Of a stretch of 64,000 bases of DNA, positions 29,282 through 38,746 are shown in pieces (positions within the stretch are counted from its first letter, which is position 1; each line of letters starts with the position of its first letter). The position numbers and the translations under genes were made by a program. The stretch comes from Akkermansiaceae bacterium. Its GTDB lineage: Bacteria; Verrucomicrobiota; Verrucomicrobiia; Verrucomicrobiales; Akkermansiaceae. Below the pieces are notes generated by a model. It made no database searches and had not been told where the DNA came from. It saw only the letters and a program-made list of their open reading frames with translations. The stretch lies in the NCBI GenBank assembly GCA_051251915.1, contig JBPOGF010000004.1, forward strand, positions 1 through 64,000. The letters are read 5' to 3'.

Positions 29282-29905
29282 ATGAAACAATCAATACTAT
29301 CTGTCTTAAACGTTGTCTTCTGTTTGTCTATTGCTGTGTCAGCACAGGAAGAAGTGCCCAAAGTAGAACAAGTTGGTGAGGCTGAGAAGGAAGTGGAGTG
29401 GAAAGTTCTGGCACAAGCTAGGGATCAAGACGCGGATAAAACAGCGGACTCCTTTCTAAATATTGTCAGTGCTGAAGGATGGAGTCCTGAGGATATGATT
29501 ATGTTTAGCCGATATAAAAAGCTGATTTCCGGCAAAGCGGAAGAACTGACGGCGCAGGATCTCCTTAAACTTAAAAAGGTGAGGTCGATTCAGTTTAGTG
29601 GTCACGGGATCTTTAGTTACCCCTATTTTAATTGTAGATTTAAACTGGATGATTCTGTTTTGTTTTTTGAGAAAACAACGGGATCGCAGCGTAAGAGTGG
29701 GCTGCTCTTTGAAACGGGGAAATCCTCGTTTGTGTTTCTTGGTGGCTCTACTGTGAACGCAGAAGCTCAACGTCAATACAGTGGAGTGCAGGGTTTAAAG
29801 CCCGGTGAGCATGATACGACTGGTGTCTTTATAAAGCGTGGGAAGAGCGTGCTTGCTGTTTTTGATCGTGGCCGATTTGGGTTTGAGATTTATGAATTCA
29901 AATAA
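29282..29905 (+). CDS. DUF4893-like secreted protein
   Basis: 'YPYFNCR...FEKTTGSQR.SG...VFLG' pattern; signal peptide. Confidence 0.6.
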   Translation: MKQSILSVLNVVFCLSIAVSAQEEVPKVEQVGEAEKEVEWKVLAQARDQDADKTADSFLNIVSAEGWSPEDMIMFSRYKKLISGKAEELTAQDLLKLKKVRSIQFSGHGIFSYPYFNCRFKLDDSVLFFEKTTGSQRKSGLLFETGKSSFVFLGGSTVNAEAQRQYSGVQGLKPGEHDTTGVFIKRGKSVLAVFDRGRFGFEIYEFK

Positions 29906-30001
29906 GGAATCATTTTTCTATCTGTTGTGTGTGTGTGTGTGATTTGGTTTTAGTAAATAAAAATTGCTTGAGTCGTTTTATTGGTAGTGTAATGCTGGGG
30001 T

Positions 30002-31675
30002 ATGTCGATCGTCTTATTATTTACTGTTTTTGAATTGAGTTGTTTTGGGGTGAGCTTGGTATTGATGGTTTTGGGTGTGTTTTTAGTGGTGAGATTACGA
30101 ACTCTTGCTGGCGAAGTTCTAGAAATGGAAGGGGAGTTGAATGAAGCTAGAGATGAGAATAGGGAGCTGAATAATGAGTGGGTTCAACTTCAAGGGGCGC
30201 ATGAGAGGTTGGAGGCGCAGAATGTGGATTTGTTAGGTGATTATAAGGCTAGCACTGAGAGGGTAGCGGGCCTGACTATAGAACTGTCTGCGAAACGGGA
30301 ATATATAGCTTCCATAGATGCTGCGCAAGATGCGCTCAAAGATGCCAAGATGTGTGTGGATGATGAACTGGCTGATGAAAAAGTAGAACGACGAAGGCTG
30401 GTGGAGTTGGTGGAAGGGGAGCGATCTAAAAATGCTAAAGTTCAGAGTGAGCTTGGTGTGATGCGTGAGCGTTTTGAGGCTAAGGCGGTGCAGTGTGGTG
30501 AGTTGTTAGGGCGGGTGGAAGAACTGCAAGTTAGGCTAGATGATCAGCTGGAGGCTAACCAGAGGGTAAGAGGGGAGATGGTGGATTTGAAGAATGATCA
30601 GAACATTGCGGAGAATAATCTGGCCAACGAGCGGGGGAAAATTAATGAGTTGCGAGAGGATTTCATGAATCAGAAGAGGCAGTTGAAGGATGAGTTTAAG
30701 TCACTTTCGGAGACAATCTTGAAGCGTAATCAGTCGGAGTTGACTCATACGAGTAGGGAAGGGATTGCGGCGATTTTGACACCGCTGAAGGATGAGATTT
30801 CTGGATTTAAGAAGCGGGTGGAGACGGTTCATAGTGAGAATAAGTATGGACAGGGGCTGTTGAAGTCGGAGTTGGCTTCATTGAAGGTACTGAATACCTC
30901 TCTCTCGACTCGTGCTGATAATTTGGCGAAGGCGTTGCGAAATGATAAGAAGACGCTGGGTAATTGGGGGGAGGTTCAGGTTGAGAGGTTGCTGGAGAAT
31001 GCTGGATTTGATAAAGATTCTTACCAGAGGGAGGCGAATTTTAAAACGCCTGAGGGGGCGAACCAGAGACCTGATTTTATTATTGATCTACCTGAAGGTA
31101 AATCGCTGATTATAGATAGTAAGGTATCACTCAATGCTTATGTGGATAGTGTGAATTCTGAAAATCCGGAGGAAGCGTTGGCATTCTTGAAGCAGCATAC
31201 GACGAATCTGAGGAATCATATTAAGTCGCTCTCGGGTAAGGATTACACATCGCTTCCTGGGCTTAGTGTTCCTGATTTCACCTTCATGTTTATGCCGATA
31301 GAGTCGGCGTTTATCGCGGCGTTTGAGGAAGATCCTAGTTTATTTGACTACGCTTATGAGAAGAATATAGCGGTGGTTACGCCGAATACGTTGTTGCCTA
31401 TTTTGAAGACGGTGCAGAGTTTGTGGCGGGTAGAGAAGCAGAATAAGAGTACGGAGGCGCTGGCGAACTCAGCGGGTAAGTTGCATAGGAAGTTTGTGAC
31501 TTTTCTTGAGAAGTTTGATGATGTGGAGAAGAAGATTCATTCTTTGCAGGGTTCATTTGCCTCGGCGAAAACTACGCTGAGCGTGGGTAAGGGGAATTTG
31601 GTGCGGATGGCGGGAGAGTTTGAGGAGCTGGGGGTGAAGACGGTGAAGGAGATTCCGATGGGGTTGCGTGAGTAG
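30002..31675 (+). CDS. rmuC: DNA recombination protein RmuC
   Basis: N-terminal TM and coiled coil; 'GNWGE', 'RPD', 'IIDSKVSL', 'DFTFMFMPIE', 'TPNTLL'. Confidence 0.92.
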   Translation: MSIVLLFTVFELSCFGVSLVLMVLGVFLVVRLRTLAGEVLEMEGELNEARDENRELNNEWVQLQGAHERLEAQNVDLLGDYKASTERVAGLTIELSAKREYIASIDAAQDALKDAKMCVDDELADEKVERRRLVELVEGERSKNAKVQSELGVMRERFEAKAVQCGELLGRVEELQVRLDDQLEANQRVRGEMVDLKNDQNIAENNLANERGKINELREDFMNQKRQLKDEFKSLSETILKRNQSELTHTSREGIAAILTPLKDEISGFKKRVETVHSENKYGQGLLKSELASLKVLNTSLSTRADNLAKALRNDKKTLGNWGEVQVERLLENAGFDKDSYQREANFKTPEGANQRPDFIIDLPEGKSLIIDSKVSLNAYVDSVNSENPEEALAFLKQHTTNLRNHIKSLSGKDYTSLPGLSVPDFTFMFMPIESAFIAAFEEDPSLFDYAYEKNIAVVTPNTLLPILKTVQSLWRVEKQNKSTEALANSAGKLHRKFVTFLEKFDDVEKKIHSLQGSFASAKTTLSVGKGNLVRMAGEFEELGVKTVKEIPMGLRE

Positions 31676-31821
31676 GGAGGGATTATTTTCTTAGAGGAAG
31701 TTGGCGAGAAATAGTTAATAATAGTTATTGTAGTGTGTCGTTGTGGGTGGTATTTAATGTGTTGTGTTTTAGTTGTTTCTGTTTCTTCTTGAGTGCGTGA
31801 ATGTAATTACCCAAATATAAA

Positions 31822-32547
31822 ATGATGAAAAAAACTATATGGAGTAAAGTAATCAATACGTTAAGCGTATTGATGGTTCTAGTTTCGGAGGGGTGGGGAG
31901 CTCAGACGATAGTGGATAATGTATTCACGAATGACGATGGGGGAATAGAGTCTGTAAGTGCTGTTGTGCCGTTAGGAGATACGACGGCAACGAGTAGCGG
32001 GACGCTTGGAGATGGGTGGGAGACGACAGTAGATGTGGAGGGGGCTCAATTTGAAGTGGCGGCTAGTATCGATGGCTCGGGGACTTTGTCTGTTAGTGGA
32101 GATGGAGTATTAGGGACATCTGGAGTGGTCACATTGAGGCGTGAGTTTTCTGGTATACAGTTGTTAGACAACCAAGAATATACGATTTCAATGGGAGTTA
32201 GTAATAGTTCAATCGTTGGTTTGCTGGGAGACTTAGATATTGTGGTTGGGCGTACCAATGGAGCTATAGATACGGAGTTAGGTAATACAGCTAGTGTGTC
32301 TGGTTTACTTGGGATTGTGGATATATTAGGTTTATTTGGGACAACTAGCACTGCGACATTTAATTTTTTAGGGTCTGATTTTGGGTCTGAGAGTTTGTAT
32401 GTAGAGCTTAGGAGTCAGACAGGTCCCGATATCTTGAGTTCTGCTGTGGTGTTTGATGAATTTTCTATCACTGCGATACCTGAGCCATCTGCTTCTATTT
32501 TGCTGGGTCTGGGAGGATTAGGTTTAATGCTACGCCGTCGCAACTAG
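31822..32547 (+). CDS. PEP-CTERM sorting domain protein
   Basis: C-terminus IPEPSASILLGLGGLGLMLRRRN; signal peptide. Confidence 0.9.
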   Translation: MMKKTIWSKVINTLSVLMVLVSEGWGAQTIVDNVFTNDDGGIESVSAVVPLGDTTATSSGTLGDGWETTVDVEGAQFEVAASIDGSGTLSVSGDGVLGTSGVVTLRREFSGIQLLDNQEYTISMGVSNSSIVGLLGDLDIVVGRTNGAIDTELGNTASVSGLLGIVDILGLFGTTSTATFNFLGSDFGSESLYVELRSQTGPDILSSAVVFDEFSITAIPEPSASILLGLGGLGLMLRRRN

Positions 32548-32701
32548 GCGAGGTGACTGAGGTTAGGTTGTATTTTGGAAGGTGTAGGGTTTTGCGGGAA
32601 CAGTATTTGAGGAGGTTGATTTTCTTTAGATTGTTCGCTGTGGGTATTTAGATGTCTTTATGATGTTGGCAAAATGATTTATTGGGGTAGCCTTTGAATC
32701 A

Positions 32702-33472
32702 ATGATTGAGGCGAAACAGGTAGCTAAAGTATTTAGGACGGGTAAGGGTAAGGATGATGTGAGGGCTGTAGATGGTGTGAGCTTTCGCTGTGAGCCTGGT
32801 CGGGTGTTTGCTTTGTTGGGGCCGAATGGGAGTGGGAAGACGACTTTGTTGCGGATGATTTCTACGTTGATGAGTCCTGATGTGGGGGAGTTGAGGGTGT
32901 CTGGGTTTGATTGTGCGAGAGAGAGTGAGGAGGTGCGGAAGCGGATAGGGTTTCTTACGGGGAGTGCGGGGCTGCATGAGAAGTTGAGTGGGCGGGAGAC
33001 GTTGGAGTTTTTTGGGAAGTTGCATGGGATTTCTAGTGAGGTTTTGAAGGCGAAGATTGCAGAGATGGTGGAGGAGTTTGATCTTGGGGAATTTATTGAT
33101 AGGGCTACGGGTAAGCTTTCGATGGGGCAGAAGCAGCGGATTATGATTGCGAGGACATTGATTCATGATCCGGAGGTGGTGATCTTTGATGAGGCTACTA
33201 CGGGACTGGATGTATTGGCGGCTAAGGGGTTGATTGATATTATCCGGGCGTGTAAAGATGCAGGGAAGACGGTGTTATTTTCGACTCATATTATGGGGGA
33301 GGTGGCGTTGCTGGCGGATGATGTGACGGTGCTGCATAAGGGGAGGCAAATTTATTCTGGGACTATAGAGGAGCTGAAGGAGAGTCAGAACGGGGAGAGT
33401 ATGGAGGAGAAGTTTATTAGTCTGTTAGAGAATGCGGATGTTGTTAGAGTGAAGGAGGTGGCGTCATGTTAG
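32702..33472 (+). CDS. ABC exporter ATP-binding protein (NatA-like)
   Basis: GPNGSGKT, LSMGQKQ, IFDE, STH. Confidence 0.9.
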   Translation: MIEAKQVAKVFRTGKGKDDVRAVDGVSFRCEPGRVFALLGPNGSGKTTLLRMISTLMSPDVGELRVSGFDCARESEEVRKRIGFLTGSAGLHEKLSGRETLEFFGKLHGISSEVLKAKIAEMVEEFDLGEFIDRATGKLSMGQKQRIMIARTLIHDPEVVIFDEATTGLDVLAAKGLIDIIRACKDAGKTVLFSTHIMGEVALLADDVTVLHKGRQIYSGTIEELKESQNGESMEEKFISLLENADVVRVKEVASC

Positions 33473-34638
33473 AGGTGATGTGGGCTTCGCTGAAGAAAGA
33501 GATCCGTGAGGTGTTGAGGGATAAGAGGACGTTGTTGCTGACGATCTTGGTTCCGCTGGGATTTTATCCTGCGATGAGTTTGATGACGAAGGATCTGGAG
33601 CAGAAGCAGACTGCGAAGATGAGTGAGCGGGTGGTGAATGTGGCCGTGTCTGGATGGGGAGATGATAAGGCAGTGAGAGGGTTTAATTATTTGGATCCGA
33701 AGGTTAATTGGGTGGTTGCTCAGGTTGAGGATAGGCAAGCGTTGTTAGGCGCTGGTGAGGTGGATGTATTTGTGGAAGCTGAGCAGGAAGAGGTGGAGGG
33801 ATATGTGCAGCGGAAGGTGACGTTGCATTATTTTTCTACGACAAATGGGGCGATGGCGTATATGAATTTTAGGAAGCGTTTTGCTGAGATAACCGCGATG
33901 GAAGTGGTTAAGCGGATGGAGGGTAAGGAGTTTTTACTTCAGCCGATAGAAGTGGTGGATGAGAAGGATTATGCGACTGCGCGGGAGATTTCTGGGAGTA
34001 AGTTTGGTGGCATGGGGGCATATTTTATCGTGTTCTTGGCATTTACTGGGTGTATGGCTGTGGCTGTGGATACAGCTGCGGGTGAGAAGGAGCGTGGAAC
34101 ATTGGAGGCGATGCTGGTTACTCCGGCGTCGTTTATGGGGGTAGCTTTTGGGAAGTTGGTATTTATCATCATCATGGGCATGATTTCGGTGCTTTCGACG
34201 ATAGGGGGGATAGTGATAATGGTGGTGGGAGCGGATGGGGATACAGGGTTTAGTATTGGTGAGGTGGGCTTTACTTCGCTGCTTGGGATTTCGATATTGC
34301 TGCTTTCTTTGGTGTTGTTTTTTGCATCGATCTTGTTTGCGTTTTCGATCTTGGCGAAGTCGAATAAGGAGGCACATGTGAGGTCATCTATGTTGATGAT
34401 CGTGGTTGCGATGTCGCTAGTTTACTGCATTATTCCGGGTGTGGAGCTGACGAGGACTATCTTGTGGATTCCTATTTTGAATGCAGCGATGTCGATCAAG
34501 GTTCTGTGGGGTGGAGGGATGCCGCTGGGGGATTATTTCTTAGTGTTGGCGATCTTGCTAGTTCTCTCGGCACTGGTGCTGCTGTGGATCAGTAGGAAAG
34601 TGAATAATGATCGGGAGAAAGTGCTGTTGAAACAGTAG
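33466..34638 (+). CDS. ABC exporter permease (NatB-like)
   Basis: 'KKEIREVLRDKRT' and 'AGEKERGTLEAML.TP'. Confidence 0.88.
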   Translation: MLEVMWASLKKEIREVLRDKRTLLLTILVPLGFYPAMSLMTKDLEQKQTAKMSERVVNVAVSGWGDDKAVRGFNYLDPKVNWVVAQVEDRQALLGAGEVDVFVEAEQEEVEGYVQRKVTLHYFSTTNGAMAYMNFRKRFAEITAMEVVKRMEGKEFLLQPIEVVDEKDYATAREISGSKFGGMGAYFIVFLAFTGCMAVAVDTAAGEKERGTLEAMLVTPASFMGVAFGKLVFIIIMGMISVLSTIGGIVIMVVGADGDTGFSIGEVGFTSLLGISILLLSLVLFFASILFAFSILAKSNKEAHVRSSMLMIVVAMSLVYCIIPGVELTRTILWIPILNAAMSIKVLWGGGMPLGDYFLVLAILLVLSALVLLWISRKVNNDREKVLLKQ

Positions 34639-34868
34639 AGGAGTCCTTAGTGGTTAAGTGCTGGAGGATGGCAAACTGAGGATCTGCCAGCATGTGTCGG
34701 ACTTGCAGCCCTTGATGATTTTTTGATCAGATATCCTAGGGCTGCGTTGCATCGTTGATGCTGCCTGACTCTGGGCTGGATATGTGTCGCACCGTTATTG
34801 CTGTCGATGCAGCTCAAGTGTTGTATGGCGCTTCTTGTTCGCGGCTTCAAATCAGATCCTTAGAAAAG

Positions 34869-34904
34869 AAAAACCCACCTCAGCGTTAGCCGAGATGGGT
34901 TTTT
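34869..34904. terminator. bidirectional intrinsic terminator downstream of the cold-shock gene
   Basis: AAAAACCCACCTC-loop-GAGATGGGTTTTT hairpin. Confidence 0.75.
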
Positions 34905-34921
34905 GAAAAACGTAGAGTTGA

Positions 34922-35125
34922 CTAGCAAGCTTTCACGTTTGTAGCACAAGGTCCCTTAGCACCTTCGCCTACTTCAAATGTTACATTTTGTCCTTCATCG
35001 AGTGAAGCGTAACCTTCAGCTTGTATTTCTGAGTGGTGAACAAAGAGATCTTTGCCGCCCTCACTTGGTGTGATAAACCCATAACCCTTTTCTGAGTTAA
35101 ACCATTTTACTGTTCCTGTATTCAT
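34922..35125 (-). CDS. cold-shock protein
   Basis: '[15 protein letters not shown]', 'DLFVHHSEI'. Confidence 0.97.
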   Translation of the reverse strand: MNTGTVKWFNSEKGYGFITPSEGGKDLFVHHSEIQAEGYASLDEGQNVTFEVGEGAKGPCATNVKAC

Positions 35126-35330
35126 ATTATTTATATTGTTAAACTTAAGTTAAAATTCACCTAAGCGACATACTGATAGACTAAATAAATGGGTTTGTCG
35201 CCTTTTTTTTTGATTATTTACTAGAATTCTAATAATTTAGTAAATTGGGAGTTGTCGTAGTTGACGGTGTGGGGGCTTGACGAGGTGGGAGAGAGGGCGT
35301 TAAGTAGCAGGCATATTAACAACGTCAAAA

Positions 35331-37049
35331 ATGAGCGAAACTAACGAATACACACAGAATAAGAGACCTTTTTCTTCACAGGTAGTTGATGGAGATGACA
35401 GAGCAGCGAGCCGCGCAATGCTATATGCAGTGGGCTTTGACAAGGAGGACTTTAAGAAGCCGCAGGTCGCTGTGGCTTCAACTTGGAGCCAGGTTACGCC
35501 ATGTAACATGCACATTGATAAGCTAGCTGAGGAGAGCGCTAAAGGGGTGGATGCAGCTGGTGGTAAGTCACTTATTTTTGGAACAATCACAGTTTCTGAT
35601 GGTATTAGTATGGGGACTGAGGGGATGAAATATTCTTTGGTTAGTCGTGAAGTAATAGCAGATAGTATTGAAACTGTGGTCGGATGTGAGGGAATGGATG
35701 GGCTTGTAGCGATTGGTGGATGTGATAAAAACATGCCTGGTTGTATGATTTCAATTTCCCGTTTGAACCGTCCGGCGGTGTTTGTCTATGGTGGAACGAT
35801 TCTCCCAGGATGTACAAACATTAAGGGGAAGGATGAGGACTTGGATGTTGTGTCTGTATTTGAGGCGGTTGGAAAGCATGCTTCAGGAGAATATAATGAT
35901 GAAGAGCTTCAGAAGGTAGAGGGCTGTGCTATTCCAGGTGCGGGGTCATGCGGTGGAATGTATACGGCTAATACTATGGCAAGTGCGATTGAGGCGCTTG
36001 GGATGTCATTGCCAAGTAGTTCTGCTCAGGCGGCTGTGGGTGATGATAAAATGATCGATTGTTTTGATGCTGGTGCGGCTGTGGTCAACATGATCAATAA
36101 GGGTATCCGCCCTAGCGATATCATGACGAGAAAGTCTTTTGAGAATGCGATCACTGTGGTGATTGCTCTCGGTGGTTCTACTAATGCGGTGCTTCACCTT
36201 CTAGCGATGGCTCATGCGGCTAATGTGGAGTTGAGTATTGATGATTTTACTGAGATTGGTAAGCGCGTTCCAGTGGTAGCTGATCTTAAGCCAAGTGGTA
36301 AGTATGTGATGGCTGATCTAGTTAGAATAGGAGGAACTGTTCCGCTGATGCGCCGTTTGTTAGAGGCTGGATTGCTGCATGGTGACTGCTTGACAGTGAC
36401 TGGTAAGACGATGGCTGAGAACTTGGCGAACTCTAAGTTAGAGTATCCTGCGGATCAGAAAATCATCTTACCATTTGATGCTCCTAAGAAGAAGGATAGC
36501 CACTTACGTATTCTATATGGAAACTTGGCAACTGAGGGATCAGTGGCGAAAATTTCAGGGAATGAGGGAACTAGCTTTACAGGGACAGCAAAGTGTTTTG
36601 ATAGTGAAGAGTGTTCAATGAAGGCGATTCTAGCGGGTGAGATTTCTGCTGGTGATGTTATTGTGGTGCGCCAAGAGGGACCGAAGGGTGGACCAGGAAT
36701 GCGCGAGATGCTAGGGCCAACTGCTGCTGTTATGGGTAGAGGTTTAGGCGATAGTGTGGCGCTGATCACTGATGGTAGATTCTCAGGTGGCAGCCACGGT
36801 TTCGTGGTAGGTCATATTACTCCTGAGGCATTTGTCGGTGGAGTCATTGGGTTGCTACAGGATGGTGATGAGATCACGATTGATGCGGAGCAAAACCAGA
36901 TCAATGTGGCACTTAGCGACGAAGAAATTGCTGAGCGTAGAGCGAGCTGGACAGCACCAGAGCCGCGCTACCGTAGAGGTGTGCTGGCGAAATTCGCGAA
37001 ACTAACCACATCTGCATCACTCGGTGCGGTAACTGACGCTGGACTTTAG
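35331..37049 (+). CDS. ilvD: dihydroxy-acid dehydratase
   Basis: 'PCNMH', 'DGISMG', 'GCDKN', '[10 protein letters not shown]', 'GPGMREML', 'TDGRFSG'. Confidence 0.96.
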   Translation: MSETNEYTQNKRPFSSQVVDGDDRAASRAMLYAVGFDKEDFKKPQVAVASTWSQVTPCNMHIDKLAEESAKGVDAAGGKSLIFGTITVSDGISMGTEGMKYSLVSREVIADSIETVVGCEGMDGLVAIGGCDKNMPGCMISISRLNRPAVFVYGGTILPGCTNIKGKDEDLDVVSVFEAVGKHASGEYNDEELQKVEGCAIPGAGSCGGMYTANTMASAIEALGMSLPSSSAQAAVGDDKMIDCFDAGAAVVNMINKGIRPSDIMTRKSFENAITVVIALGGSTNAVLHLLAMAHAANVELSIDDFTEIGKRVPVVADLKPSGKYVMADLVRIGGTVPLMRRLLEAGLLHGDCLTVTGKTMAENLANSKLEYPADQKIILPFDAPKKKDSHLRILYGNLATEGSVAKISGNEGTSFTGTAKCFDSEECSMKAILAGEISAGDVIVVRQEGPKGGPGMREMLGPTAAVMGRGLGDSVALITDGRFSGGSHGFVVGHITPEAFVGGVIGLLQDGDEITIDAEQNQINVALSDEEIAERRASWTAPEPRYRRGVLAKFAKLTTSASLGAVTDAGL

Positions 37050-37100
37050 GCGTAATTGGCTTTAATAGTAGGTTGTAGTAAAAATAAAAGAACTAGACCT

Positions 37101-37724
37101 ATGAAATTAAAATATATATTCAGCATGGTTGCTGGTCTCATTGTGATGACCGCAATTTCATGCTCAGAAAAGACAACGACGGACACTGACGCGGGTAATA
37201 CTGCGACTGCAAAGTCTAGTGAAGCAGCGGCTTCAAGCTCGAATGTTCAGAGCGTAGTAGGCAACACGGCCTACTACGTGATGTTCAAGGGTGATGGGAG
37301 TTGAGGGATAGGTGCTAGAGCCCGTGAGGCTCTTGAAACTGTAAACGGTGTGCAAACCATCGTTCTCTCTGGCTTACGAGCCACTGTTCTCATGAAAGAG
37401 GGAGTAGCGCTTGATGAGAAGAGCGTGGCAGAGATGCTGGCTAAACAAGGACTGACTTACGAATCGGCATCTGAGGTTAAAGAAGATCCGCCTGAGGTGG
37501 TCTATGTGGTTACTGTGAGGGGTGTAGGCTGAAGTGATACTGAAGAGAGAGCTCGTGTAGCTTTCAGTAAACTTGATAAGGTAACTAACGTCTACGTTGG
37601 TAAGAGAACAGAAATCTGGATGTCTGAGGACACTCCGCTAGATGAGGATATGGTCACTACTATGCTTGATAATGAGGGGCTAATCATGGGAGGGATGGAG
37701 AAAACGGATAAATCAGCCCTCTGA
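37101..37724 (+). CDS. putative selenoprotein: lipoprotein with two HMA-like domains and two recoded UGA codons (U68, U144), 207 aa
   Basis: One frame from ATG 37101 interrupted only by TGA 37302-37304 and 37530-37532, ending at TGA 37722-37724. Lipobox TAIS-C21. Repeats 'YVMFKGDGS*GIGARAREALETVNGV' and 'YVVTVRGVG*SDTEERARVAFSKLDKV'. Confidence 0.75.
37317..37333 (+). promoter_or_regulatory. bacterial SECIS-like hairpin 1
   Basis: AGAGCC-CGTGA-GGCTCT: perfect 6-bp stem; loop begins 19 nt after the UGA with G-U at loop positions 2-3. Confidence 0.65.
37538..37569 (+). promoter_or_regulatory. bacterial SECIS-like hairpin 2
   Basis: GAGAGCT-CGTGT-AGCTTTC (37547-37565), with an alternative lower stem TACTGAA/TTCAGTA; same CGTG loop, beginning 22 nt after the UGA. 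Confidence 0.65.
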
Positions 37725-37755
37725 TCTTTATCTCTTTAGGGGATGATTGAAATTT

Positions 37756-37798
37756 AAGCCAGTGAGCTGACGTGATTGTGCGTCGTTTACTGGCTTTT
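37756..37798 (+). terminator. intrinsic terminator after the putative selenoprotein gene
   Basis: AAGCCAGTGAGC-TGACG...CGTC-GTTTACTGGCTT followed by T-rich sequence. Confidence 0.65.
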
Positions 37799-37907
37799 AT
37801 CGTTTTACTAATTTTGTTTTGTTACTAGTTTAGGATGACTGTTCTAGTGGTATTGTTTTTTGTTTTAATTCCGTGACAATCGGAATTATCTGCATTACAC
37901 AATTACT

Positions 37908-38741
37908 ATGAAAATTAGCCTGTATAAAATTTTAGCAACTGTTTCTGCTTCAGTGATTATTTCTAGTTGTGGTTCTATGCCTATACCAGGTAGTTCACCT
38001 GAGGAGGTGCCTGCTCCAGTGGCTCCAGTGCAGGTGCCGCAGAATAGACAATATGTGGCTCCAACGGTTAAAGCTCCAGTTCCGCTAAATCCGGCTAATA
38101 ATTACTCTCGTGATATTTCAGGTAGCAGTCAGATCACTTGGAATCGAGGATCTGCTAATAGTCGTTATATTGCGCTTACTTTTGATGATGGTCCGGTGAC
38201 GTCTAATACGACTCGCTTGTTGGAGATGCTTAAGCGTAGAAATGTTAAGGCTACATTTTATGTGATTGGTACTCGTGTTCAGAGTAATCCTTCACTTGTT
38301 AGGCGCATGGTTGCTGAAGGGCATGAGATTGGTAATCACACGTGGACGCACCCTAAGTTGACATCGTTGAGCGACTCTCAGGTTCGCTCAGAGCTAAACA
38401 AGACACGCGATGCGATCACATCTGCTACAGGAATTAAACCTCGTACGATGCGCCCGCCCTATGGTGCGCTCAGCACGAGACAACGTAGCATGATCTTCAG
38501 TGAGTATGGTTACCCTACAATTCTATGGGATGTGGATCCTGAGGACTGGAGAAAGCCGGGTGTTTCGGTGGTTAGAAATAGGGTGATTAGTGGCACGAAG
38601 AATGGCTCTATCATTCTCCTGCATGATCTTCATAGTTCCTCAGTGGATGCTGTTCCTGGTATTTTGGATGAGTTGCTTCGTCGCGGATATAAGTTTGTAA
38701 CCGTTTCACAGCTTATCGCTCTTAAGAATAGCGGGCAGTAA
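37908..38741 (+). CDS. polysaccharide deacetylase (CE4/NodB) lipoprotein
   Basis: Lipobox ISSC; 'TFDDGP', 'HTWTH', 'RPPYG', 'DWR', 'ILLHD'. Confidence 0.93.
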   Translation: MKISLYKILATVSASVIISSCGSMPIPGSSPEEVPAPVAPVQVPQNRQYVAPTVKAPVPLNPANNYSRDISGSSQITWNRGSANSRYIALTFDDGPVTSNTTRLLEMLKRRNVKATFYVIGTRVQSNPSLVRRMVAEGHEIGNHTWTHPKLTSLSDSQVRSELNKTRDAITSATGIKPRTMRPPYGALSTRQRSMIFSEYGYPTILWDVDPEDWRKPGVSVVRNRVISGTKNGSIILLHDLHSSSVDAVPGILDELLRRGYKFVTVSQLIALKNSGQ

Positions 38742-38746
38742 TTCTC

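Noticed and set aside
34647..34850. 67-aa minus-strand ORF downstream of the cold-shock gene
   Set aside because: Lies beyond the terminator, has a non-ATG start and no motif; better explained as a non-coding palindromic element.
37056..37532. Two separate small ORFs (82 aa and 60 aa) or a pseudogene
   Set aside because: They are in the same frame and continue to 37724. Both stops are TGA at homologous positions with matching hairpins, which fits recoding better than two independent nonsense mutations.
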